A stretch of 32,000 nt of DNA from NCBI GenBank assembly GCA_964510585.1, contig CAZECW010000193.1, positions 1 to 32,000 of the forward strand, given 5' to 3'. This DNA comes from an uncultured archaeon. GTDB lineage: Archaea > Asgardarchaeota > Jordiarchaeia > Jordiarchaeales > Jordiarchaeaceae. Made by a program: the position numbers and the translations under genes. Below, one piece after another: positions 18,826 to 27,791 of the stretch. The notes under the pieces are model-generated. The model saw only the letters and a program-made list of their open reading frames with translations. It did not search any database and had not been told where the DNA came from. Position 1 is the first letter of the stretch; every line of letters starts with the position of its first letter.

Positions 18826-18974
18826 AAATTTTTTTATGAATAATAACAAATAAATTTAAATAAATAGCCAAAAATTTCTTATTTTTTAAGTCTGAGAAAT
18901 CGGTTAGCCTTAAAAATTCTCCAGCCATTTTCTTTCTGGAGAAGACCAAAGAGCCGAGAAGGGGGCGTTAAAAT

Positions 18975-20255
18975 ATGCAGAGACATTTTAAGAAGATGCC
19001 CCGCTCAACCGAAATACTCATAATGGTTTGTACCAGTGCATTTACTGACTCATTGGGATACGGGATAATAATTCCGTTCCTCCCACAGTACGCCATGTCC
19101 CTTGGCGCGTCTGACCTAGATGTGGGCATTATCTTCGCCACCTACGCACTGGTACAGTTAGTGACCACCATACCATTCGGTTTGCTATCTGATCGCTATG
19201 GTAGAAGACCCTTCATGATTTCGGGAATGCTCCTTCTCGGCATAGCTTCACTATTATTCCCCCTAGCCCAAACCGTGCACCTGATGATATTATGTAGAGC
19301 AATACAGGGTTTGGCGGCTGCGGCGACCTGGTCTTCAGCAGTAGCATTAGTGGCAGACACATTTCCGGGAAACGATAAGGGAACAAAACTCGGAATAATG
19401 GCGGGAGTAACCAATATGGGAGGCATTGCAGGACCCTTACTGGGAGGAGCCCTATCCGATGTGAATTTCAACATACCATTTCTATTAATTGCCGCTCTAT
19501 CAATATTTATGTTCGCCTACATGTTCTTCCGACTAAAACTGCCCCCCAGAGAAAATAAGGCGGGGGAAATTTCGTACATGACGATGATAAGAGGCGCCCT
19601 GAGAATCAGAAACGTTGTTATAATCATACTCATTAACGCGTTGACAATGATTTTCTGGGGCTTCGTAGAACCCTTAATGCCCCCGTACCTCTCTGGTAGA
19701 TTTTCACTGTCAAGTACCCAGATTGGCATCATTTTTGGTGCCATGTCTCTCATCTATGCCTCAATTCAACCATTAGTGGGCAGACTAACTGACAAGTATG
19801 GACAGAAAAGATTCATAATAGCGGGAATGGCCCTCCAAGCATCCATAGGTTTAATCATACCACTATGCAGTGATGTGGTAAGCTTAGCCGTTTGCCTGGT
19901 GCTAATCGCCGCGGTGGGTGCCATAGCTTGGACACCATTAACACCCCTATATGTAGAATCTCTCCAAGATGGAAACATGGAAGCCTACGCAACAGTTGGC
20001 TCTCTCTTTGGCACCGCATACTACATAGGATACATTATTGGGCCGGTAATTGGAACTCTGGTAAGTTCCCATTTCGGATTTGGAGCAGTCTTCATCTTTA
20101 ACAGCATAATACTATTAGCCCTAGTTCTCTTATCAGGATTATATATTAAAGACGGAAAAAGGGCAGAGGCAAAAACGCAAGTAATGGAGTCGAAAATTTC
20201 CAGACAAAGAATCATAAACCGCAAAAAACCTCAGGAGCTAACAATAAGAGCTTAG
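18975..20255 (+). CDS. MFS transporter, DHA1/SLC18-like (paralog 2)
   Basis: Same motifs: DSLGYG, SDRYGRR, RAIQGL, FVEPLMP, GYIIGP. Confidence 0.93.
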   Translation: MQRHFKKMPRSTEILIMVCTSAFTDSLGYGIIIPFLPQYAMSLGASDLDVGIIFATYALVQLVTTIPFGLLSDRYGRRPFMISGMLLLGIASLLFPLAQTVHLMILCRAIQGLAAAATWSSAVALVADTFPGNDKGTKLGIMAGVTNMGGIAGPLLGGALSDVNFNIPFLLIAALSIFMFAYMFFRLKLPPRENKAGEISYMTMIRGALRIRNVVIIILINALTMIFWGFVEPLMPPYLSGRFSLSSTQIGIIFGAMSLIYASIQPLVGRLTDKYGQKRFIIAGMALQASIGLIIPLCSDVVSLAVCLVLIAAVGAIAWTPLTPLYVESLQDGNMEAYATVGSLFGTAYYIGYIIGPVIGTLVSSHFGFGAVFIFNSIILLALVLLSGLYIKDGKRAEAKTQVMESKISRQRIINRKKPQELTIRA

Positions 20256-20633
20256 ACCTACTGAACATAAGATTGGTTTCACTTATCCCCACAATTAAAA
20301 TTGTTCCGCCACTATTTACTTTCCTCACCTTCCCTTTTTATGGCCTGGAGCCGCTGTACATTTGCCATCTCCAGCAACTTGGGGAAAACTAAACCAACCC
20401 CAATTTAACTCATTCAAATTAGTGGAATTCTCTCTAATACCGTAACCTATTTTCAATTAATACAGGCAAGGGTTCAATAAATAGTTGGTGTGACTTATTT
20501 CTTCCCATTACAGGTTAGAATGTCACAAGCCACACTATTTTTTCAATCATTATTGAGATTTCTTCTTTTATCATTTTTGAAAAGTTAAGCTTAAAAATTT
20601 AAGAGCTACTGGTTTTTTGAAAAATGGAATTAA

Positions 20634-21878
20634 TTGTGGGACCTGATTTTTTTGCGGTTATCACTAGCCAGGCCTAAACCACCTATTGAAATATTAATCA
20701 TGGTTTGCCTAAGTGCATTCATAGACTCCTTAGGCTACGGGATAGTGGTTCCTTTTCTTCCCCAGTATGCTTTGTCACTGGGAGCCTCGGATTTAGATTT
20801 GGGTATTATTTTTTCCTCCTATGCCCTGGTGCAGCTGGTGACATCTGTTCCTTTTGGGCTGATGTCTGACCGTTATGGCAGAAGATGGTTTATGATTAGC
20901 GGAATGCTTCTTCTGGGTGTGGCTTCTCTTGTTTATCCTTTGGCGCAAAGTGTGCTTATGATATCAGCATGTAGAGCTATACAAGGTTTGGCGGCTTCTG
21001 CTACCTGGTCTTCTGCCATAGCATTAGTGGCTGACACGTTCCCAGGGAGGGATAAGGGGGAAAAGTTAGGAATCGCGACTGGAGTATCCGGTATGGGAGG
21101 CATTGTGGGCCCCATGGTGGGGGGCGCCTTATCTGACATAAATTTTATTTATCCCTTCCTCCTTATAGCTGTCCTTTCTTTGGCTATGTTCACCTACATG
21201 TTTTTCAGATTGAAAATTTCCAGAAAAGAAAAATTAGTTGAAGCTCCACCCTATGTGGAAACCATTAAAAAGGCTCTTGGAATCAGAAACATTCTCATAA
21301 TAATAGTTATCAATGTTTTAACCACAATTTTCTGGGGATTCATTGAGCCCTTAATGCCCCCATACCTTTCTGGACGTTTTTCGCTCTCCGCTACACAAAT
21401 AGGTTTAATTTTCGGCGTGGCTTCTCTGAGCTACGCGGTCTGCCAACCATTTGTGGGCAGACTATCTGATAGATACGGAAGAAAGATTTTTATTGTAACA
21501 GGTATGGCTCTACTTGCAGCTGTGAATCTAATTATCCCATTTTGTGTAGACCCAGTAAGTTTAACAATAGTTATAATGACCACCGCATCCATCGGAGCCT
21601 TGGCCTTTACTCCCTTGACTCCCCTGGCCATAGAGTCGCTTCAAGACCAAAATATTGAAGCCTATGCTACAGTGAACTCGCTGTTTGGTATCGCTTTCTA
21701 TATAGGTTATAGCGCTGGCCCGGTGATTGGAGCTTTAATCAGTTCATATTTTGGATTCGAATCAATGTTCTTCTTCTACAGCATAATACTGTTAACAGTT
21801 CTCATCGTATCCCAGGCCAAATTAAAAGAAATAATGAAAAAAGAGGAAAAAGCAGTGATAAGAAGCACAAAAAAATAA
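20634..21878 (+). CDS. MFS transporter, DHA1/SLC18-like (paralog 3)
   Basis: Same motifs: DSLGYG, SDRYGRR, FIEPLMP, GYSAGP; closest to paralog 2; start codon uncertain. Confidence 0.93.
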   Translation: MWDLIFLRLSLARPKPPIEILIMVCLSAFIDSLGYGIVVPFLPQYALSLGASDLDLGIIFSSYALVQLVTSVPFGLMSDRYGRRWFMISGMLLLGVASLVYPLAQSVLMISACRAIQGLAASATWSSAIALVADTFPGRDKGEKLGIATGVSGMGGIVGPMVGGALSDINFIYPFLLIAVLSLAMFTYMFFRLKISRKEKLVEAPPYVETIKKALGIRNILIIIVINVLTTIFWGFIEPLMPPYLSGRFSLSATQIGLIFGVASLSYAVCQPFVGRLSDRYGRKIFIVTGMALLAAVNLIIPFCVDPVSLTIVIMTTASIGALAFTPLTPLAIESLQDQNIEAYATVNSLFGIAFYIGYSAGPVIGALISSYFGFESMFFFYSIILLTVLIVSQAKLKEIMKKEEKAVIRSTKK

Positions 21879-22090
21879 CCTAAAACTTCCAATAAATCTC
21901 ATTTTTCGCACTCTGGTTTATTTTATTCCAGTTTTGACGGAATTAATTAGATACTGGAATTCTATTCTTCAATGAATATTTTTTGAGAGCTTAAAATCTC
22001 TGCAAGAGAAATGGGCAGAACTCGGGAAAAAAGAAGAATGCAAAAACTTAATGATGCGGAATGTGGGTTAAAATCCTAATTTTAAACTTT

Positions 22091-22837
22091 TTATAACTCT
22101 ATTTCTAATTCTTTTATTCCATCCATGAAAATCAGTCTATCTTCTGCCTTGTAATCTTTAACATATTTTAAGGGCTGGGTGAGTTTGCCTATTTGTTGCA
22201 GTGTGTGTGCATCGGATCCAAGTGAGAGCTTAATTTCTTCTACCTCAAGTATCCTTTCGAATCCTTCCATCTTGTAGTTCTGATATGTGGAATTGAGTTC
22301 CACAAACAGGTCTGCATCCACAATTATTTTAATCGCTTCCTCCAATTCTTCCTGTGGCAGTATGTGAAGGTAAGCGTGGGCCAGCCCCACTAAACAATCC
22401 TTGGGAAGCCGCTTCTTAAATTCCCTTATACGATGCAAAAGCACTAACGGCAACCTATTATTCTTGTAAGGCAAAGAATTTGCACCCGCACCAAAATTGT
22501 CCGTCACATACTCAAAAAGATAATAATCAAATTTTTGGGATGTGAGTACTCTACTCTCCCTTGGCGAATCGAAAACACAAGCCCTAGTGTCTATTTCTAT
22601 ACCCTTCTTTAAAACAATTTTATCCCAATAAGCTTCACAGAGAGTTTTTAATTCTTGGAAGTATCCAGTCATATTTCCCATAATTTGGGAGCACTTCACA
22701 GTGTTGTGAGAATAGTGGTCTGTGACTCCCACCGCCTTTAAACCCTTACGAACACAGTAATTGAGTATACTCTCAATGCTGGAGTAGCCATCAGACCAAG
22801 TTGAATGGATGTGATAATCAGTGGTAACCAACTTCAA
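22091..22837 (-). CDS. PHP-domain metal-dependent phosphoesterase
   Basis: DYHIHSTWSDG, GVTDH, GIEID, LAHA, ELNS, LGSDAH motifs. Confidence 0.9.
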   Translation of the reverse strand: MKLVTTDYHIHSTWSDGYSSIESILNYCVRKGLKAVGVTDHYSHNTVKCSQIMGNMTGYFQELKTLCEAYWDKIVLKKGIEIDTRACVFDSPRESRVLTSQKFDYYLFEYVTDNFGAGANSLPYKNNRLPLVLLHRIREFKKRLPKDCLVGLAHAYLHILPQEELEEAIKIIVDADLFVELNSTYQNYKMEGFERILEVEEIKLSLGSDAHTLQQIGKLTQPLKYVKDYKAEDRLIFMDGIKELEIEL

Positions 22838-23180
22838 ACCAGATACCCCAAGTAAAAGCGATAACTCAAATAGCTAATTGGAGGGAGAGTAACGTGAACG
22901 TTTTTGAACGATACGAACTCCTATATTAAAATTTTATGTATGGATTGCGTTGTTGCATAATTTTATTTTTTTTCAATTTATTTAATATATTTTGATGAAT
23001 TTTTTGCAATTTCACATTGTTAATCTGAAAAAAATTAGGAGTATTAAATAAATCCATTCGAAAAAGTAAAATTGTGCAACAAAGCAGTATGGATTAAAAA
23101 ACACTTTATGGATTGCTTCAAACTTAAAACAGTAGGATAAATTATCATTTTTCTCGTTATTGAAAAGTGATAAAATTGCA

Positions 23181-23220
23181 AAAAAACTTATATTGATAAT
23201 CGAATATAACAGGTTATCAA
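23181..23220 (+). promoter_or_regulatory. Candidate thiolase promoter (AAAAAAC-TTATAT) followed by inverted repeat TTGATAA-N14-TTATCAA (23193-23220)
   Basis: Read directly; the inverted repeat abuts the TATA box and spans the expected start site. Confidence 0.45.
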
Positions 23221-23340
23221 AAAGAGAAGAAGAGGAAAACCCCTAAAGGAAGAGGCAAAGTAGGGGGCCTCAGTCGGCAATAAGGAACTTATTATGATTC
23301 AAATTATGAATGAGAATTGTTTAAAAGGGAAGGATATGAA

Positions 23341-24510
23341 ATGGTTAGAAAAGTAGCCATAGTTGGCACGGGCCAAACTAAACATGGCAAAAGACAGGAT
23401 GCGAGTTTCCCAGAGCTAGTTTACGACGCAGTTAGCAAGGCTCTGAATGATGCCGGCCTACAAATAGAAGAAATAGATGCGGTGGTGACAGGGTCAATGC
23501 CTGCCCCCATGGAGGGAGTCAACGCCCCCCACCTCTATTGGGGTGATGACCCCGCGGGAGCAGTTTTGAAACCATTAATGCGCGTTGCAACTTGTGGAAC
23601 CACCGGCGTTTCTGTCGCCCACTCTGGTTACTATCATGTGGCCTCGGGTATGTTTGATGTAGTAATTGCGGTGGGTGCAGAAAAACAATATGAGGGAGAA
23701 CCGCAGGGAACAATGACCACTGTTGTTGAGGGGTGCTTCCAAAGACCCTTTACTGCTGGTGCCCCCAGCGTATTTGCAATTCAATCAAATGAATACGTTC
23801 ATAGATATAATATTCCTGAGCAAAGGGTGCGTATGGCGGCGGCAGAGGTTTCGGTGAGAAACCATAACGATGCGCTTGACAATCCCTACGCACACATTCA
23901 GATAAAAATCACGGTGGATGATGTTCTAAAGTCAAGAATAATCTGTTATCCAGTCAGGCTTTTAGATGTCTGCCCCTCATCTGATGGAGCCACAGCAATA
24001 ATATATGCTTGTGAGGAGAAGGCTAGGAAAATAACAGACACGCCCGTTTGGGTTAAGGGTTTAGGATACCGAGGCGACGAGTATTGGATAGGTGACAGCG
24101 ACAAGGTGATTTGGGATTCAGCAATCGAGGCAGCCAGAATCGCCTACAAACAGGCTAAAATTACCAACCCCTTAAAACAACTAGATGTGGCGGAAGTTTA
24201 CAACCCCTTCACATTCCAAGAACTCTTATACTATGAATGCTTCGGCTTCTGCGAAAAGGGTGAAGCCTGCAAGTTAGTCGAGGACCAAGTGGTCATGAGG
24301 CATGGAGAACTACCCTGCGACCCTTCAGGAGGCGTGCTCTGCACTAACCCCATAGGAGCCACCGGAATAACGAGAGTCGCAGAAGCGGCACTACAGGTTC
24401 AGGGAAAAGCTGGAAAGCACCAAATTCCAGATGTTGAAACCGCCTTTGCACACGCAATGGGTGGCGTTTCACAACTAAACGGGGTAATGATACTGGGAAG
24501 AACACCCTAA
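23341..24510 (+). CDS. SCP2-type thiolase-fold protein, Ltp3-like subfamily
   Basis: VAIVGTGQT, EKQ, CPSSDGA, AEVYNPF (in place of HDCF), PSGGVLCTNPIGATG, HAMGG; likely start ATG 23341 (ORF track 23317). Confidence 0.88.
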   Translation: MVRKVAIVGTGQTKHGKRQDASFPELVYDAVSKALNDAGLQIEEIDAVVTGSMPAPMEGVNAPHLYWGDDPAGAVLKPLMRVATCGTTGVSVAHSGYYHVASGMFDVVIAVGAEKQYEGEPQGTMTTVVEGCFQRPFTAGAPSVFAIQSNEYVHRYNIPEQRVRMAAAEVSVRNHNDALDNPYAHIQIKITVDDVLKSRIICYPVRLLDVCPSSDGATAIIYACEEKARKITDTPVWVKGLGYRGDEYWIGDSDKVIWDSAIEAARIAYKQAKITNPLKQLDVAEVYNPFTFQELLYYECFGFCEKGEACKLVEDQVVMRHGELPCDPSGGVLCTNPIGATGITRVAEAALQVQGKAGKHQIPDVETAFAHAMGGVSQLNGVMILGRTP

Positions 24511-24961
24511 AAAACCATTTATTTCACCTTTCTTCCCACAGCAAAATTATACCCTCTGAGAATTCTCTGCCTTCGACATAGTTCTTCTTGTTTCTTCTAA
24601 TTTGGATTCTTTAACGCAAATTTCCCTAAACAAACATGTACAATTGTTTCTTTAGTTTGTGAAGTTTTCTCTCACCCCTCCTTTTTCAGAGACTAATACT
24701 TCCACTAAATGGGGCAGCCTCTATCCTAATTTTTCCCTCGGTGTGAATTCTCTTTTTGGTTACATGATTAGTTGCTCTTTAATTGTGTTTGACTTGTTTC
24801 CTTGAGTTAAGTTGGTTTGGGTAAACCATTAATTTTGGAGTTCGATTTCGGCATATTCGTCATTTGTCGTATCTCTAGGAAGTGTTGGAGATAAAGTTTA
24901 AATTTGGAAAAAACGCAAAAATAGTAATTCCAACCAATCAAGTATAGAGGAGTGATATTGA

Positions 24962-25378
24962 ATGAGTCTCACCTACATAAAATATGGTGTTCTATTGGCT
25001 CTACTGGGCGGTCTCCTCGGAATCATTGCCTTCATTTTGGGACTACTGATGACCCCTATTTTGGCCTCGCTGATGCCTAACATGCTCCTTACTATTCTTG
25101 GATACCTAAGCCTACTAGCCTCAATTATAATACTCATACTTACTTTAGCACTGGCAGCAAGGAAGCTTCTAGCAAAAATAAAGACAATAATTCTCCTAGT
25201 GATTATCTTGGGAATTATCGAGCTTTTGAACCTTAACTTCGCAACCATTGCGCCAGTCATTTCAATTATAGGCGGCTTACTCGCCATAATTGGTGGCGTA
25301 TTAGCCATGATGGGCATGAGACCAGCGCCGGCACCAAAACCAGCTGAAGCAAAACCAAAAGCTAAGAAGGCAAAGTAA
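24962..25378 (+). CDS. Small integral membrane protein (about 4 TM) with Pro/Ala/Lys-rich C-terminal tail
   Basis: GAGGAGTG RBS; hydrophobic Leu/Ile/Gly helices; tail RPAPAPKPAEAKPKAKKAK; followed by a T-tract. Confidence 0.8.
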   Translation: MSLTYIKYGVLLALLGGLLGIIAFILGLLMTPILASLMPNMLLTILGYLSLLASIIILILTLALAARKLLAKIKTIILLVIILGIIELLNLNFATIAPVISIIGGLLAIIGGVLAMMGMRPAPAPKPAEAKPKAKKAK

Positions 25379-25403
25379 GGAGACCAAAAGGCGTTTCTAA
25401 AAA

Positions 25404-25428
25404 ACATTTTTTGTTTTTTCTTTTCTTA
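25404..25428 (+). terminator. Oligo-T archaeal terminator-like tract
   Basis: CATTTTTTGTTTTTTCTTTTCTT about 25 nt after the stop of 24962-25378. Confidence 0.45.
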
Positions 25429-25552
25429 ATTTAATGGAATATGCTCTCTCTTTTGATTGTGGTTCCCATAAGGATTTTTCAAGTTTTTGTTTGGCATTGT
25501 TGATGATTACTTTTATTAATACTGGTGTTTTAGGAATTTTGTGGGGTTCTAA

Positions 25553-26179
25553 ATGAATATTGGAGTGCTTGTTTCCGGTAGGGGTTCTAATCTTCAAGCA
25601 ATTATAGATGCTGTGGAGTCTGGCTATATTAAGGCTAAAATCAGTGTAGTTATAAGTAGTCGAAAGGACGCTCCAGCCCTGCAGAGAGCCAAAGAACATG
25701 GGATTGAAGCCATCTTCATTGATCCTCAGGATTTCTGGAAGGACAAGGAGCACCGTGAGGAGAAAAGGGTCGAGTACGATAAGAAAATTATTGCGGAACT
25801 TGAAAAGAGAAATGTTGAATTGGTGCTCCTTGCAGGCTACATGCTCATGCTCAGCCCCTACTTTGTCAACAAATACAAAAACAGGATTATGAACATTCAC
25901 CCCGCCCTGCTCCCTTCATTCCCCGGAGTAAACGCTCAAAAACAGGCTCTAGAATACGGAGTTAAATACACCGGAGCCACAGTACACTTTGTGGATGCAG
26001 AAATGGATCATGGACCCATAATACTCCAAGATGTTGTGCCAGTTTATGACGACGACACAGTGGAAACCCTATCCAATAGAATCCTGGAAAAGGAACACAA
26101 AATCTACGTAGAAGCAGTTAAACTATTCACAGAAGGAAAACTCAAGGTAGAGGGGAGAAGGGTAAAAATTTTGAAATGA
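25553..26179 (+). CDS. purN: Phosphoribosylglycinamide formyltransferase
   Basis: VLVSGRGSNLQAI, LAGYM, MNIHPALLPSFPG, GATVHFVD...DHGPII.Q, RIL.KEH. Confidence 0.97.
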   Translation: MNIGVLVSGRGSNLQAIIDAVESGYIKAKISVVISSRKDAPALQRAKEHGIEAIFIDPQDFWKDKEHREEKRVEYDKKIIAELEKRNVELVLLAGYMLMLSPYFVNKYKNRIMNIHPALLPSFPGVNAQKQALEYGVKYTGATVHFVDAEMDHGPIILQDVVPVYDDDTVETLSNRILEKEHKIYVEAVKLFTEGKLKVEGRRVKILK

Positions 26180-26199
26180 TTCATCTCAATTTGTGTAAC

Positions 26200-27633
26200 C
26201 TATCCTTCCCTGTGTTTGTCTAGGAATTCCCTGTACTCAATTATTCTCTTTATGGCTTTAGAGGCTCGGGTCATGGTGGGCACCACAGATATGCCGCGGG
26301 CAGTGTAGAATTTTCTGAGAAATATGGCTTCATGTTCACTAAATGCGGGCAGAATTGCCATAACAAAGGGTTTCCCCAACTCGTTTTTTATGTAGTCAGC
26401 AGCATCCTTTATGGATTTGCGGAGATTAATGTACCATTCATAACCTCTAGAGCGTTTTGCAAAGCTTCTGAAGCGGTCTAACATCTCGAAAATGACGAAG
26501 TCAATGTTATCCTCAGACGCTGCCACCTTGACCACTTCGGCAATGTTTGCGAATCGGAAAAAGGCTGAAGGAATATCCAGAGGGTTTCTGGTGCTTATAC
26601 CCGCTGCGGGAACCATTTTCTCAATTTTCTCCCTGGTCTCTCTCGAGAGTAAGGGAATCTCCAAACCCATTTCCACAGCTTTGTCCGTTTCTGTGACACT
26701 TTCCCCTCCGCTAAAGGAGACTATGAGGCCTCTCCTACCCCTAGGTGGTGGATTTTTCAGAAAAACCAAATAAGTATCAACTAGATCCTCTAGGTCCCTA
26801 ATGTCTATGGCCCCAATCTGTTTCAAAGCCGCCCTCCAAATATTCCCAGAACCCGCCAGAGAGCCAGTGTGAGAAGAAACCGCCACCGCTCCCCTCTCTG
26901 TTTGTCCCCCCTTCCAAACTATCACCGGCTTCTTCTTAACCGCTTCTTTTAACGTTTCGAAGAGTCTCCTCCCATTCTTGGTTCCCTCAATATAGGTGGA
27001 GATAATCTTTGTTTTGGGATCTTCAGCCAGATACTCTAAAAAGTCCGGATTGTCCAAGTCTATGGCGTTCCCGTAGCTAACCACTTTACTGAAGCCAACA
27101 CCCCTCAATCTACCAGTATAAATCACCTGCTCCGTAAGCGCACCGCTCTGAGCTATGAAGGCTACTGGTCCGGGACGCTTGGGAAAGCCGGGTAGGAAAG
27201 ATAAACCACTCTCCGGGCAATAGACACCCATACAGTTGGGTCCAATTATTCGGGTCACACCCTTCCTCGCAATTTTTAGAAGCTCCTGCTCCAGCTTTTT
27301 TCCTTCCTCGGTTCCAGTCTCACTGAACCCCGAGGTGAAAAAATGAACCGTTTTAACCCCCTTCTCAACACATTCCCTCATAACATCCGGAGTATACTTG
27401 GCGGGAACAGTCACTGTGGCGAAATCAATGTCACCAGGAATATCAAGGACACTCTTATAACATTTGAAGTTCAAAATGCTTTCCCTATTGGGGTTGACCA
27501 CATATATTTTTCCCCTAAATCCTGTAACTAGGGGACCCTGAAGATAGAATAAGGAGCCCTCATTAATGCCGATAAAGGCAATGGACTCAGGGTGAAACAA
27601 TCTCTCGAAATACTCGAATTTTTCACGATCCAA
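26200..27633 (-). CDS. ADP-forming acyl-CoA synthetase (ACD) alpha subunit / CoA-binding protein
   Basis: LFHPESIA.IG, VNPN, FTSGFSETG, IIGPNCMG, AQSGA, SYGNAIDL, YIEG, KGG...SHTGSLAG (phosphorylated His); no ATP-grasp domain. Confidence 0.9.
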   Translation of the reverse strand: MDREKFEYFERLFHPESIAFIGINEGSLFYLQGPLVTGFRGKIYVVNPNRESILNFKCYKSVLDIPGDIDFATVTVPAKYTPDVMRECVEKGVKTVHFFTSGFSETGTEEGKKLEQELLKIARKGVTRIIGPNCMGVYCPESGLSFLPGFPKRPGPVAFIAQSGALTEQVIYTGRLRGVGFSKVVSYGNAIDLDNPDFLEYLAEDPKTKIISTYIEGTKNGRRLFETLKEAVKKKPVIVWKGGQTERGAVAVSSHTGSLAGSGNIWRAALKQIGAIDIRDLEDLVDTYLVFLKNPPPRGRRGLIVSFSGGESVTETDKAVEMGLEIPLLSRETREKIEKMVPAAGISTRNPLDIPSAFFRFANIAEVVKVAASEDNIDFVIFEMLDRFRSFAKRSRGYEWYINLRKSIKDAADYIKNELGKPFVMAILPAFSEHEAIFLRKFYTARGISVVPTMTRASKAIKRIIEYREFLDKHREG

Positions 27634-27791
27634 GAAAAATCACCAGTATACTGTACTTTTAACAACACAAGTCATAAGGATTGAATATTAAACTTTTCCA
27701 AAATTTTCTACACACCAAAATTTTTGGTAACGCATATAAGTACCAACGACCAAAATACTTTATCCAATACCTTGAATAGTGAGATGGTATT

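Noticed and set aside
23213-23240. TTATCAAAAAGAGAAGAAGAGG resembles the 5' start of a SAM-I riboswitch; nearby GGCAAAG resembles c-di-GMP-I
   Set aside because: Downstream conserved elements (kink-turn, GCAACC, paired GNRA stems) are absent.
24973-25900. Minus-strand ORFs 24973-25407 and 25397-25900
   Set aside because: Antisense shadows of the membrane protein and purN; no recognisable motifs.
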